From NCBI GenBank assembly GCA_045541975.1, contig JAZQKB010000037.1:142326-206325 (forward strand): 64,000 bases of DNA, written 5' to 3'. Made by a program: the position numbers and the translations under genes. Under the pieces are notes generated by a model. The model saw only the letters and a program-made list of their open reading frames with translations, did no database searches and was not told the DNA's origin. Position 1 is the first letter of the stretch; every line of letters begins with the position of its first letter. The DNA is from Clostridia bacterium. GTDB lineage: Bacteria; Bacillota; Clostridia; UMGS1840. Positions 54,494-64,000 of this stretch are shown here, in pieces.

Positions 54494-56641
54494 TTAGGAT
54501 TTCTTTTTTAAAGTGAGTGCAATTCTGTTTTTTTGCAGGTCCACGGATAATACGGTGGCGGTTACAACCTGTCCCACAGAAAGCATTTCTGAGGGGTGAC
54601 GGATGAATTTATCCGAAATCTGAGAAATGTGAACCAACCCGTCGTGATGCACGCCTAAGTCGATAAAGGCACCAAAATCCACAACGTTTCGCACGGTTCC
54701 GGTTACTTCCATTCCTTCCTTTAAATCCTTGATATCTAAAATATCCTTGCGAAGGAGCGGAGGCGGTAATTCGTCACGGATATCACGCCCCGGCTTGGCA
54801 AGTTCTTTCACAATATCTTGTAGGGTGGGAAGACCAATATTTAATTCTTCTGCTAATGTTTTTGCACCGTAGCCGTCGATTTTTACAGATAGCTCTGAAA
54901 GATTTCCTTTTGAAACGTCAGTCAAATCGTAGGAAAAGCGTCCTAAAATTTCTTTGCAGGCATCATAGGTTTCGGGATGAACGCCGGTGTTATCCAACAC
55001 GTTTTTGCCGTCAGGAATCCGTAAGAAACCGGCGCACTGGGTGTATGCTTTCGGTCCTAATTTTGGCACCTTTAATAGTTGAGAACGGGATTTAAAAGCA
55101 CCGTTTTCTTCACGGTATTTCACAATGTTATTGGCAACCGATGCACTTAAGCCGGCCACATATTCTAAAAGAGATGGAGAGGCGGTATTTAAGTCTACAC
55201 CGACTTTGTTCACACAGTCTTCAACTACGCCAAGTAACGCTTCGGATAAGCGCTTCTGAGGCATATCGTGCTGATACTGCCCAACTCCGATGGCTTTGGG
55301 ATCAATTTTTACAAGTTCCGACAAAGGATCCTGCAAACGTCTGCCAATAGATACAGCACTTCTTAAGGAAACGTCAAATTCCGGAAATTCCTGTGCACCT
55401 AATTTGGATGCAGAATATACCGAAGCACCTGCTTCGGATACTACCATATAGGAAAGGGGACGGTCAATTTCTGAAATTAATTCTGCAATAAATAATTCCG
55501 ATTCTTTCGATGCGGTACCGTTTCCAATAGAAATGATTTCAACCTGGTGTTTTTCAATCAGTTTTTTTAAGGCGATTTTTGCTTCTGCAATTTTATTCTG
55601 AGGGGGAGTAGGGTAAATTACAGTGGTATCCAACACTTTACCTGTTTGGTCACATACCGCAATTTTGCATCCGGTACGGTATGCAGGGTCCACTGCTAAC
55701 ACAACTTTTCCTTTAATGGGCGGTTGCATCAACAGAGCTTTTAGGTTTAATCCAAAAATACGGATTGCCTGTTCGGATGCCATGTCGGTCAACATAGAAC
55801 GGACTTCTCTTTCCAAAGAAGGATGAATCAACCGTTTATAAGCATCAGTGATTGCTTCTTTTACGTAACTTGTCCAAATAGATTCGCTCTTTAAATATTC
55901 ATCTTCCAGTACCCGGATACAGATTGCTTCGTCAATCAAAACGGATACTTTCAGCATATCTTCTTTTTCACCACGGTTAATGGCAAGTACACGGTGAGAA
56001 GGAATTTTGTGTACCGGTTCAGAATACTCATAATACATCTGATAAACGGAGTCGACGTCTTCTTCTTTTGCCTGCGTACTGATGAGAGCGGATTTATTGT
56101 AAAGTTTGCGGATTTTATCACGGCAGGAGGGATTATCGCTCACATTTTCTGCCAAAATATCCATAGCACCCTGCAAAGCATCTTCGGGAGTTTCCACGGC
56201 ATCGTTTAAAAAATCTTTGGCAATTTCTAAAACATCACCGGTTTTATCTTCTTGCAAAAGCATTCTTTCATAAAGAGGAGTAAGACCTTTTTCTTTTGCC
56301 ACAGATGCACGGGTTTTCTTTTTCTGTTTAAAGGGACGGTAAATGTCTTCCACTCGTGCTAAGGTGGTTGCTTCTTCAATATCTTTTAAAATTTCATCAG
56401 TCATTTTTTCCTGCTCGGTAATAGAATTAATGACTTCCTGTTTTCGTTCTTCTAAGTTCCGAAGATAGGTTAAACGGTCAAAAATTTCTCGTAATACCTG
56501 GTCATCGCAAGAATTAGTCAATTCTTTTCGGTAACGAGCAATAAAGGGAATCGTATTTTTTTCGTCAATTAACGTAACGATGTTTTGTATGTATTTTTCC
56601 CCAATGGAAAACTCCTGGGAAAGCATATTGATGATGTTCAT
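54494..56641 (-). CDS. tex: Tex-like transcription accessory protein (S1 domain)
   Basis: It has the N-terminal Tex region (TIPFIARYRKE), a YqgF-like domain, HhH motifs and a C-terminal S1 domain (GTVRNVVDFGAFIDLGVHHDGLVHIS). ATG 56641 follows GAGGAGG. Confidence 0.93.
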   Translation of the reverse strand: MNIINMLSQEFSIGEKYIQNIVTLIDEKNTIPFIARYRKELTNSCDDQVLREIFDRLTYLRNLEERKQEVINSITEQEKMTDEILKDIEEATTLARVEDIYRPFKQKKKTRASVAKEKGLTPLYERMLLQEDKTGDVLEIAKDFLNDAVETPEDALQGAMDILAENVSDNPSCRDKIRKLYNKSALISTQAKEEDVDSVYQMYYEYSEPVHKIPSHRVLAINRGEKEDMLKVSVLIDEAICIRVLEDEYLKSESIWTSYVKEAITDAYKRLIHPSLEREVRSMLTDMASEQAIRIFGLNLKALLMQPPIKGKVVLAVDPAYRTGCKIAVCDQTGKVLDTTVIYPTPPQNKIAEAKIALKKLIEKHQVEIISIGNGTASKESELFIAELISEIDRPLSYMVVSEAGASVYSASKLGAQEFPEFDVSLRSAVSIGRRLQDPLSELVKIDPKAIGVGQYQHDMPQKRLSEALLGVVEDCVNKVGVDLNTASPSLLEYVAGLSASVANNIVKYREENGAFKSRSQLLKVPKLGPKAYTQCAGFLRIPDGKNVLDNTGVHPETYDACKEILGRFSYDLTDVSKGNLSELSVKIDGYGAKTLAEELNIGLPTLQDIVKELAKPGRDIRDELPPPLLRKDILDIKDLKEGMEVTGTVRNVVDFGAFIDLGVHHDGLVHISQISDKFIRHPSEMLSVGQVVTATVLSVDLQKNRIALTLKKKS

Positions 56642-56866
56642 AAAATTAAGGCTCCTCCTCATATTCTCACCATTCTATTTTACCCGATTTTAAAGTCAAT
56701 GTCAAGAAATAATCAACAGAATCTTTCTACCAAAAAAAGAGGAAAAATAGGACATTATTTTTGTTTTTTTAAAAAACTATTGATTTTTTTTGCAAAATAT
56801 TGTAAAATGAAAAGGCTAAAATAACGAATGTATTGAAACAGATTAGATACATTAAAAGGAGTTTCT

Positions 56867-57952
56867 ATGAAACGTATTGGAATTTTAACGGGCGGTGGAG
56901 ACTGTCCCGGTTTAAACCCTGTCATTCGTGCAGTGGTAAAAACTGCGATTGAAAAATATGGTTTATCCGTGGTTGGTTTCAAAAACGGCTATAAAGGGTT
57001 GTATGAAAACCAGGCTGTGGAACTGACATTGGAAAATACCACCGGTATTTTACACAGAGGCGGAACTATTTTATATAGCTCCAACAAAGATAATCTGTTT
57101 GACTATCTTGTTCCTGATGAAAACGGCAACATGGTAAAAAGAGACGTTTCTTACGTTGGCGTGGAAAACATCAAGAAAAACAATATTGATGCTATGATTA
57201 TCATTGGTGGAGACGGCACCTTAACCAGTGGCCGTGATTTTGCAAGACTTGGCGTTCCGGTAATCGGGGTACCCAAAACGATTGATAATGACTTGTCTTC
57301 TACTGACACCACCTTCGGTTTTGATACTGCTGTAGGCGTTGCAGCCGAAGCGATTGATAGAATCCATACTACTGCGGAGTCTCATCACAGAATTATCACC
57401 GTGGAAATTATGGGAAGATACGCAGGCTTCTTAGGCTTGTCCGCAGGGATTGCAGGTGGTGCTGACGTTATCTTAATTCCCGAAATTTCCTATGATATCA
57501 ACAAAGTGGCAGACCACATCAGAAAACGTATTGCTCAGGGCAAGGAATTTTCTGTGGTAGCTGTTTCGGAAGGTGCAAAATCCATTACCGGTGAAGTGGT
57601 AGTTCAGAAAGTGATTGAAAACAGCCCTGACCCGATTCGTTTGGGTGGTGTTGCACAGAAAGTGGCAGACGACTTGGAAGAAATGGTCGGCTTAGAAGCC
57701 CGTGCTACCATTTTAGGACATATTCAGAGAGGCGGCACTCCGTCCTCTGCTGACAGAATCCTTTCTACCCGCTATGGCGTAGCTGCTGTGGAACTTGCTA
57801 TGGCAGGAAAATTTGGCAATATGGTTGCCTTAAAAGACAATCAGATGACTTATGCTTCTTTAGAAGATGTGATCGGTGCTAACAAAGCTGTTGACCCCAA
57901 CGGCGAACTCGTACAAGCTGCAAAAGCAATCGGAACTTGCTTCGGTGATTAA
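56867..57952 (+). CDS. pfkA: 6-phosphofructokinase
   Basis: It has GILTGGGDCPGLN, IIIGGDGTL and PKTIDNDL motifs, giving a Gly104/Lys124 mixed signature. It is 361 aa. Confidence 0.9.
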   Translation: MKRIGILTGGGDCPGLNPVIRAVVKTAIEKYGLSVVGFKNGYKGLYENQAVELTLENTTGILHRGGTILYSSNKDNLFDYLVPDENGNMVKRDVSYVGVENIKKNNIDAMIIIGGDGTLTSGRDFARLGVPVIGVPKTIDNDLSSTDTTFGFDTAVGVAAEAIDRIHTTAESHHRIITVEIMGRYAGFLGLSAGIAGGADVILIPEISYDINKVADHIRKRIAQGKEFSVVAVSEGAKSITGEVVVQKVIENSPDPIRLGGVAQKVADDLEEMVGLEARATILGHIQRGGTPSSADRILSTRYGVAAVELAMAGKFGNMVALKDNQMTYASLEDVIGANKAVDPNGELVQAAKAIGTCFGD

Positions 57953-57964
57953 TTTAAGTAAAAA

Positions 57965-57998
57965 GTGCAGATTTTATCAAAAAGTCTGCGCTTTTTTA
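57965..57998 (+). terminator. Weak terminator after pfkA
   Basis: A 7-bp stem GTGCAGA / TCTGCGC with a 13-nt loop is followed by TTTTTT. Confidence 0.5.
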
Positions 57999-58007
57999 TT
58001 TCTTTGT

Positions 58008-58036
58008 TTGACATCCAATCAACAATATGTTACAAT
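58008..58036 (+). promoter_or_regulatory. Putative sigma-A promoter of the MFS transporter gene
   Basis: TTGACA (58008-58013), a 17-nt spacer and TACAAT (58031-58036). Confidence 0.6.
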
Positions 58037-58069
58037 ATATGTAATTTTAATTCAATAAAGAGGTATTCT

Positions 58070-59293
58070 ATGAATCAAACAAATCAGAAATTATCAGTTC
58101 GTTGGCTTTATATGATTGTTGGCGTAATTGCGATGCTGTTTGCCGGTGTGTTATATGCCTGGTCTATTTTAAAATCTCCGTTATCCACGGAATTTGGATG
58201 GGGAGCATCCGACCTTGCGCTTTGCTTTACCCTTGCAATGACATTTTTCTGCGTAGGAGGACTTTTCGGGGCACGGTTATCGGCAAAAGCAGGGCATCAG
58301 ATTGCTTTGCTGGTTTCAGGGATTCTCTCGGCGGCAGGCTTTTCGTTAACTGCAGCCCTTGGAAATGTTCCTGTCATTGTGCTCTACGGTACATACGGAG
58401 TTCTTGCCGGACTGGGTATCGGGATTGCTTATAATGTAGTGATTGCAACGGTAAGTGCCTGGTTTCCCGACAAAAAAGGATTATGCTCCGGTTGCCTGAT
58501 GATGGGATTTGGTGCATCTGCTTTGGTCTTGGGCAATGTGGCAGACGCTATGTTTAAAAGTACCGTTGGCTGGCGTATGACCTATGTCATTGTCGGAGTT
58601 GCTATTTTTGTGATCATCGCTTTAGCAGGTTTTATTTTGAAAAAACCGTCTTCTGATACTGTTCTTCCTGCTCCGAAAGTAACAAAAAATTCAAATGTTG
58701 AAGAGTTCGATAAAAAAGACTACACATCCTTACAAATGTTAAAAAGACCGTCCTTCTGGATGGCATTCTTTGCCATTTCTTTCTTAGCTGCCGTAGGTAG
58801 TTCTGTGATTAGTTTTGCGAAAGATTTAGCATTATCTGTCAATGCACCTGAAGCCTTGGCAGTATCCTTGGTGGGTGTGTTATCGATATGTAACGGAATC
58901 GGACGAATCCTGACCGGTGCAATTTTTGATTCTATCGGTCGCCGTAAAACTATGATTTGTGCTAATATTCTTACCATCGGTGCAGCAGCTGTTACGCTGT
59001 TTGCCGTATCTGTAAATTCATTGTGGCTTTGTATTGTAGGTTTATGTCTGACAGGCTTGTCCTACGGTGCTTGTCCCACCATTACTGCTGCATGCACCTC
59101 TTCGTTCTACGGTATGAAGCATTTCCCCAACAATATGGCAATTATGACCTTTACCGTTATGGCAGGTTCTCTGATTGCTACCGCCTCTAACACCGTTTTG
59201 GAAGCAACCGGGAATTATTTTGCACCCTTTGTAATGCTGCTTGCCTTAACCTTTGTAGCGTTAGTATTAAATCTTTTTATTAAAAAACCGTAA
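58070..59293 (+). CDS. MFS transporter (oxalate/formate antiporter-like family)
   Basis: It has about 12 TM spans, and the N-terminus RWLYMIVGVIAMLFAGVLYAWSI is typical of the OFA family. ATG 58070 follows AAGAGG, and the track start 57965 lies inside the terminator/promoter. Confidence 0.8.
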   Translation: MNQTNQKLSVRWLYMIVGVIAMLFAGVLYAWSILKSPLSTEFGWGASDLALCFTLAMTFFCVGGLFGARLSAKAGHQIALLVSGILSAAGFSLTAALGNVPVIVLYGTYGVLAGLGIGIAYNVVIATVSAWFPDKKGLCSGCLMMGFGASALVLGNVADAMFKSTVGWRMTYVIVGVAIFVIIALAGFILKKPSSDTVLPAPKVTKNSNVEEFDKKDYTSLQMLKRPSFWMAFFAISFLAAVGSSVISFAKDLALSVNAPEALAVSLVGVLSICNGIGRILTGAIFDSIGRRKTMICANILTIGAAAVTLFAVSVNSLWLCIVGLCLTGLSYGACPTITAACTSSFYGMKHFPNNMAIMTFTVMAGSLIATASNTVLEATGNYFAPFVMLLALTFVALVLNLFIKKP

Positions 59294-59300
59294 TATAAAA

Positions 59301-59338
59301 TGCAGATTCTTTTGGAACAGAAGAATCTGCATTTTTTA
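59301..59338 (+). terminator. Rho-independent terminator
   Basis: The stem TGCAGATTCTT / AAGAATCTGCA is followed by TTTTTT. Confidence 0.85.
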
Positions 59339-59348
59339 CTTTGGATAT

Positions 59349-59377
59349 TTGACATCACAGCCTTGCTATGGTAAAAT
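59349..59377 (+). promoter_or_regulatory. Strong putative sigma-A promoter (extended -10)
   Basis: TTGACA (59349-59354), a 17-nt spacer ending in TGG, and TAAAAT (59372-59377). Confidence 0.6.
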
Positions 59378-59492
59378 GAACATATAAATTTTTTATTTAT
59401 TTTAATTTATATTGTTGTTCGATTTTTCTTGAAAGTAAGTAGCTTATATGAATATAGGTTTAATGTTTTATGGAGAAGGCGTAGAGAGTATT

Positions 59493-59538
59493 TACTCGTG
59501 TCAAGTCTATAAAATTTAAAAATTAGTTTGCCGATTTT
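59493..59538 (+). repeat. 47-bp dispersed repeat, copy 2
   Basis: TACTCGTGTCAAGTCTATAAAATTTAAAAATTAGTTTGCCGATTTT is nearly identical to 31740-31786 and in the same orientation. Confidence 0.85.
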
Positions 59539-59606
59539 AACATTTTGTTTTAGGGTATTATATAAACAGATGAGTTTATTGGTATCGTTATGAAAGGAGA
59601 AATCAT

Positions 59607-60521
59607 ATGAAATATATTACCATTGGAAACAAGCTGAAAGCGTCTGCGGTGTCACTTGGCTGTATGCGAATGAGCGACCTGGATGAAAAACAGGTGGATG
59701 CTATCATGGATACTGCTTTAGAGCAGGGCATCAACTTTTTTGATCATGCAGATATTTACGGTGGCGGAAATTCGGAACGGTTTTTCGGTGACTATTTAAA
59801 ACGAAATCCCGGTACTCGCGACAAGCTTTTGATTCAGAGTAAATGCTCCATTCACGACGGGCAGTTTGATTTTTCCAAAGAACATATTTTAAAATCGGTA
59901 GACGGAATTTTATCCCGTCTTGGTGTGGAGTATCTGGATGTGTTATTGTTACACCGTCCGGACACTTTAATGGAGCCGGAAGAAGTGGCAGAAGCATTTC
60001 ATCAGTTGGAAACCGCTGGAAAAGTCAAATATTTTGGGGTTTCCAATCAGAATATGATGCAGATGGAGCTGTTAAAAACTGCAGTAACTCAACCGCTTAT
60101 TATTAATCAGTTGCAGTTTTCTGTGACCGAGGCAGGTCTTGTGACCTCCGGCATGAATGTGAATATGAAAAACCAAGAATCGGTCATGCATGACGGTTCC
60201 TTTTTGGAATATAGCCGTATCAAAAACATTACCATTCAGACCTGGTCGCCCTTTCAGTTCGGATTCTTTGGCGGTAGCTTTATTGACCATGAAGATTTCC
60301 CCGAGCTAAATAAAAAACTGGCTGAAATTGCAGAAAAATACGGCATCACAAAAACCGGTGTTGCAGCTGCCTGGATTCTTCGTCATCCCGCCAATATGCA
60401 GTTAATTGCAGGCACGATGAATCCGTCCCGTCTTTGTGAAATTTCCAAAGCTGCAGATGTTACCTTAACCCGTTCGGAATGGTATGAGATTTACCGTGCT
60501 GCCGGACATACCCTTCCGTAA
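59607..60521 (+). CDS. Aldo/keto reductase
   Basis: It has the AKR pattern LGCMRM...INFFDHADIYGGG...LLLHRPD...GVSN and is 304 aa. Confidence 0.88.
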   Translation: MKYITIGNKLKASAVSLGCMRMSDLDEKQVDAIMDTALEQGINFFDHADIYGGGNSERFFGDYLKRNPGTRDKLLIQSKCSIHDGQFDFSKEHILKSVDGILSRLGVEYLDVLLLHRPDTLMEPEEVAEAFHQLETAGKVKYFGVSNQNMMQMELLKTAVTQPLIINQLQFSVTEAGLVTSGMNVNMKNQESVMHDGSFLEYSRIKNITIQTWSPFQFGFFGGSFIDHEDFPELNKKLAEIAEKYGITKTGVAAAWILRHPANMQLIAGTMNPSRLCEISKAADVTLTRSEWYEIYRAAGHTLP

Positions 60522-60553
60522 ATATCCTTGAGCCATAAGTGAGGAAAAAAGAA

Positions 60554-61888
60554 ATGATTTGTCTTCCCAATGAGGTAGAAACGCTATTAGAACAATTAAA
60601 TCAAGCCGGTCATTCCGCCTATGTAGTAGGTGGCTGTGTTCGTGATAGCCTTTTGGGATTAACTCCCGGCGACTGGGATATTTGCACATCCGCTTTGCCG
60701 GAGGAAATGAAAGTATGCTTTTCAGAATATCATATGATAGAAACTGGTTTAAAACACGGAACACTCACAGTTCGTCTTAATAATCAGTCTTATGAAATCA
60801 CCACTTTTCGTAAAGACGGTGATTATATTGATTGCCGTCATCCGGAAAGTGTCAGCTTTGTGTCAGATATCAAAGAGGATCTTGCCAGACGCGATTTTAC
60901 CGTTAATGCCATGGCGTATCATCCAAAGGAAGGCTTGATTGATTACTACGAAGGTCAGAAAGATTTATCCAGCAAAATGATTCGATGTGTGGGGGATAGC
61001 GGAAAACGGTTTTCTGAAGATGCTCTCCGGATTATGAGAGGTCTTCGTTTTGCTTCAACCTACGGTTTTTCTATTGATTCTAAAACTGCAGATGCAATGG
61101 TTCACCAAAAGCATCTGCTACATAAAATTGCAGTGGAACGCCTTTCTGTGGAATTAAAAAAATTGTTATTGGGAAATTTTTTGGAGAATGTTTTGCTAAC
61201 ATACCGTGATATATTTAGTGAAATCATTCCGGAATTTACGGCCATGTTTGATTTGAACCAACAAAGTCCGCATCACCTCTATGACGTGTGGACACATACC
61301 GTAAAAAGTGTTGGCGAATCGGAAAAAGACATTTTTGTCCGCCTTGCTGTGTTATTTCACGATATCGGAAAACCGAAAACTTTTTTTGTCGACGACAACG
61401 GGGTAGGGCACTTTTATTCTCATGCAGCAGTTGGTTCTGATATCACCAAACAAATTTTAAAACGGTTAAAATTTGATAATGAAACCGTGGATACCGTTAC
61501 AAAATTGGTAAAATATCATGATGCTCAAATGGAAGCCAGCGAAAAATCGGTCAAGCGGTGGCTCAATAAAATTGGAGAAATTCAGTTTGAACGATTGCTT
61601 CTGGTAAAAGAAGCAGATGCTAAAACCACCTTACATGTTCAAGAAAAACTGACCAAGATATCAGAATTTCGAGCAGTTTTTCAAAAGGTTTTAAACGAGA
61701 AAGCTTGTTTTTCTTTAAAAGATTTAGCTGTTTCGGGAAGTGATTTAATTACACACGGTATTTCAGAAGGAAAACAGATTGGAATCATCTTGAAACAACT
61801 GCTTAATTTGGTGATTGACGGTGAAATCATCAATCAAAAGGACGAACTGTTATCCTATGTGGATGATGAATGTAAAAAAATGAGATAA
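60554..61888 (+). CDS. cca: CCA-adding tRNA nucleotidyltransferase with HD domain
   Basis: It has GGCVRDSLLG...DWDI, RRDFTVNAM, and the HD motif LFHDIGKP. ATG 60554 follows GAGGA. Confidence 0.9.
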   Translation: MICLPNEVETLLEQLNQAGHSAYVVGGCVRDSLLGLTPGDWDICTSALPEEMKVCFSEYHMIETGLKHGTLTVRLNNQSYEITTFRKDGDYIDCRHPESVSFVSDIKEDLARRDFTVNAMAYHPKEGLIDYYEGQKDLSSKMIRCVGDSGKRFSEDALRIMRGLRFASTYGFSIDSKTADAMVHQKHLLHKIAVERLSVELKKLLLGNFLENVLLTYRDIFSEIIPEFTAMFDLNQQSPHHLYDVWTHTVKSVGESEKDIFVRLAVLFHDIGKPKTFFVDDNGVGHFYSHAAVGSDITKQILKRLKFDNETVDTVTKLVKYHDAQMEASEKSVKRWLNKIGEIQFERLLLVKEADAKTTLHVQEKLTKISEFRAVFQKVLNEKACFSLKDLAVSGSDLITHGISEGKQIGIILKQLLNLVIDGEIINQKDELLSYVDDECKKMR

Positions 61889-61903
61889 ATTTATGTTTTC
61901 ATC

Positions 61904-61932
61904 TTGCCAAAGAATAAAAATTATAGTATAAT
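61904..61932 (+). promoter_or_regulatory. Putative sigma-A promoter of the dCMP deaminase gene
   Basis: TTGCCA (61904-61909), a 17-nt spacer and TATAAT (61927-61932). Confidence 0.55.
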
Positions 61933-61968
61933 ATACGAAAAATAATACAGTGATTGGGAGGGGTATCT

Positions 61969-62454
61969 ATGGAGAGAAAAGACAAACAGAATTATTATCT
62001 TGATATTGCGGAAGCAGTTGTTACAAGGGGAACTTGCTTAAGACGTAATTTCGGAGCAATTATTGTAAAAAATGATGAAATTATTTCCACAGGATATACC
62101 GGCGCTCCCAGAGGCAGAAAAAACTGTGCGGATTTGGGAAGTTGTGTCAGAGAAAATCTGAATGTGCCCAGAGGTCAGCGGTATGAGTTGTGCCGTTCGG
62201 TTCATGCTGAAGCAAACTGTATTATTAGTGCAAAACGGTCTGATATGATTGGTTCTACCATTTATTTGGTTGGAAAGGAAATGTCGGACGGCAGTTATGT
62301 GCAAAATGCGAATCCTTGTGCTATGTGTAAACGCCTCATTATCAATGCAGGTATTGAATGGGTAATTGTAAGAAATACCAAAGATGATTTTACGACCGTT
62401 CATGTAAGAGACTGGATTTATAATGACGATACCTTAGGCAGCGGTTCTTATTAA
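61969..62454 (+). CDS. comEB: Deoxycytidylate (dCMP) deaminase, ComEB family
   Basis: It has the zinc motifs HAEANC and PCAMCKRLI. It is about 160 aa, and ATG 61969 follows GGGAGG. Confidence 0.88.
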   Translation: MERKDKQNYYLDIAEAVVTRGTCLRRNFGAIIVKNDEIISTGYTGAPRGRKNCADLGSCVRENLNVPRGQRYELCRSVHAEANCIISAKRSDMIGSTIYLVGKEMSDGSYVQNANPCAMCKRLIINAGIEWVIVRNTKDDFTTVHVRDWIYNDDTLGSGSY

Positions 62455-62485
62455 ATCAACATAAAAATGGAAGGAAGTTACAACA

Positions 62486-63832
62486 ATGGGCAAGTTAACA
62501 GTTGATTTTTCAAAAACAAAAGGATTTATTGATGCCACTGAGTTTGATAAAATTTCTTATCAGGCGAAAGCGGCAATTGATTTATTACATCAGAAAAACG
62601 GCCCCGGAAATGATTTTTTAGGATGGCTGGATTTACCCCAAACCTATGATAAAGAAGAGTTTGCTCGCATTAAAGCTGCGGCGAAAAAAATCAAAGCGCA
62701 GTCTGATGCATTAATCACCATCGGTATTGGCGGATCATACTTAGGTGCAAGAGCTGCTATCGAGTTTTTAAACGGTCCTTTATACAATGTGAAGACTAAA
62801 GAGTTTCCGCAGATTTTCTTTGCAGGCAACACCATCAGTTCCGAGTATCATAGCGATTTATTAGCATTAATGGAAGAAAAAGATTTCTCGATCAATGTTA
62901 TTTCCAAATCCGGTACTACCACAGAGCCTGCTTTAGCATTTCGTCTGTTTAAAAATCTGATGGAGAAAAAGTACGGCAAAGAAGGTGCCAGAGAACGTAT
63001 TTATGTTACTACCGATGCTAATAAAGGTACCCTGCTTAACTTAGCACGGGAAGAAGGGTATGAAACTTTTGTAGTGCCTGATGTGGTTGGCGGAAGATTT
63101 TCTGTTTTAACTGCGGTAGGTTTGTTACCCATTGCTTGTGCCGGTGCAGATCTGGATGCTTTAATGCAGGGTGCTTGTGACGCAATGAACGATTATAAGA
63201 GCACTAATATTAGCGAAAATGATTGTTTAAAATATGCAGTTGCCCGTAATCTGCTATACCTTAAGGGAAAAAATGTGGAAACATTAGTCTCCTATGAACC
63301 TGCTATGGTAATGTTCTCCGAGTGGTACAAACAGTTATTTGGCGAAAGCGAAGGAAAAGAACAAAAAGGCATTCTGCCCACATCCATGAATTTCTCCACT
63401 GATTTACATTCTTTAGGACAGTATGTGCAGGAAGGTTTAAGAAATCTGTTTGAAACCGTTATCACTGTGAAAAATCCCACAACTGATATCACCATCTCCG
63501 AAGACCCGGACAATGTGGACGGCCTTAATTTCTTAGCAGGAAAAACCGTAGATTTTGTAAATAAAAAAGCATTTTTAGGAACTTTAATGGCACACTATGA
63601 TGGCGGTGTTCCCAATATTGTAATTTCCATGGATAAAAAAGATGAATACAATCTGGGATACTTATTCTATTTCTTTGAAAAAGCATGTGCAATTTCCGGT
63701 TATATGTTAGGTGTTAATCCCTTTGATCAGCCTGGGGTAGAAGTGTATAAGAAGAATATGTTTGCACTCCTTGGAAAAGACGGTTATCAGGATATGAAGG
63801 CCGAACTGGAAGACAGAATTAACTCCCTGTAA
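62486..63832 (+). CDS. pgi: Glucose-6-phosphate isomerase
   Basis: It is the Firmicutes-type 448-aa PGI, with [33 protein letters not shown] and [10 protein letters not shown] motifs. Confidence 0.93.
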   Translation: MGKLTVDFSKTKGFIDATEFDKISYQAKAAIDLLHQKNGPGNDFLGWLDLPQTYDKEEFARIKAAAKKIKAQSDALITIGIGGSYLGARAAIEFLNGPLYNVKTKEFPQIFFAGNTISSEYHSDLLALMEEKDFSINVISKSGTTTEPALAFRLFKNLMEKKYGKEGARERIYVTTDANKGTLLNLAREEGYETFVVPDVVGGRFSVLTAVGLLPIACAGADLDALMQGACDAMNDYKSTNISENDCLKYAVARNLLYLKGKNVETLVSYEPAMVMFSEWYKQLFGESEGKEQKGILPTSMNFSTDLHSLGQYVQEGLRNLFETVITVKNPTTDITISEDPDNVDGLNFLAGKTVDFVNKKAFLGTLMAHYDGGVPNIVISMDKKDEYNLGYLFYFFEKACAISGYMLGVNPFDQPGVEVYKKNMFALLGKDGYQDMKAELEDRINSL

Positions 63833-63870
63833 GTGTAACAAAAAAGTAACGAAATATTACGAAAAAATAC

Positions 63871-63899
63871 TTGCAATTTTTTCATAACCATGCTATACT
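63871..63899 (+). promoter_or_regulatory. Putative sigma-A promoter (extended -10) for the gene beyond the window
   Basis: TTGCAA (63871-63876), a 17-nt spacer ending in TGC, and TATACT (63894-63899). Confidence 0.5.
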
Positions 63900-64000
63900 T
63901 AAAATAAGAAAAAATAATTACATATTATTTTCTCTTTCAGATATTGTATTTTTTAAAATTTGATATGCAATATCAGGCAAAATAACTTAAGAAAGGGTTT

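Noticed and set aside
57965-58069. N-terminal 35-aa extension of the MFS transporter, and the internal ORF 58102-58434
   Set aside because: The extension spans the pfkA terminator and the transporter's own promoter. ATG 58070 has an RBS. The internal ORF is an alternative frame of a membrane protein gene.
59448-59519. 23-aa ORF (MNIGLMFYGEGVESIYSCQVYKI) reading into repeat copy 2
   Set aside because: It has a weak RBS, and the corresponding frame at repeat copy 1 is closed by a TGA three codons upstream. The coding potential is therefore not conserved between copies.
31740-59538. 27.8-kb segment flanked by direct 47-bp repeats as one giant mobile island carrying the BMC operon
   Set aside because: The segment includes core housekeeping genes (tex, mrnC, pfkA, the thiolation cluster) on both strands and no recombinase. 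The repeats are more simply copies of a dispersed intergenic element.
1-64000. tRNA, rRNA, transposase, integrase, CRISPR-cas, prophage structural genes
   Set aside because: I looked for conserved tRNA T-arm/acceptor patterns, rRNA-like regions and recombinase motifs in all listed ORFs, and none was recognised. This was a by-eye check, so tRNAscan or Infernal should be run to confirm.

Overview
This is a low-GC Firmicutes chromosome segment. It looks Clostridia-like and from a spore-former (spoVM, a SigH-like sigma factor, a BofC-like gene). It carries about 60 protein genes. I found no rRNA, tRNA, CRISPR array, transposase or integrase. Left third (mostly + strand): rpe-thiN-spoVM, clpC, hemZ, ppa-pfp, miaB-mutS-mutL-miaA, and the division cluster ylmE-sepF-ylmH-divIVA-lspA-rluD. 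Next come mscL, a murJ-like gene and citrate synthase on the minus strand, then lepB-ylqF-rnhB-yraN, a Gfo/Idh/MocA oxidoreductase and ybaK. The centre holds the two notable regions. (1) A roughly 2.5-kb AT-rich, repeat-bounded insertion sits directly after ybaK. It carries a two-gene operon: a protein with a HEPN-type R-x4-H motif, and a coiled-coil/DUF4041/T5orf172 (GIY-YIG-like) nuclease. This is my best candidate for an undescribed anti-phage system. (2) A 14-kb B12-dependent propanediol-utilisation-type bacterial microcompartment (BMC) operon starts with a class II sugar-phosphate aldolase and is followed by a DeoR regulator and rhamnulokinase. Six enzymes carry the same amphipathic targeting helix, pduH/pduB/pduM are missing, and one shell protein has an AT-hook-like tail. 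Right third: a NifS-like/DUF3343/TtcA-like thiolation cluster, mrnC, tex, pfkA, an MFS transporter, an aldo/keto reductase, cca, dCMP deaminase and pgi. All calls come from reading the translations and sequence by eye. No database search was run.
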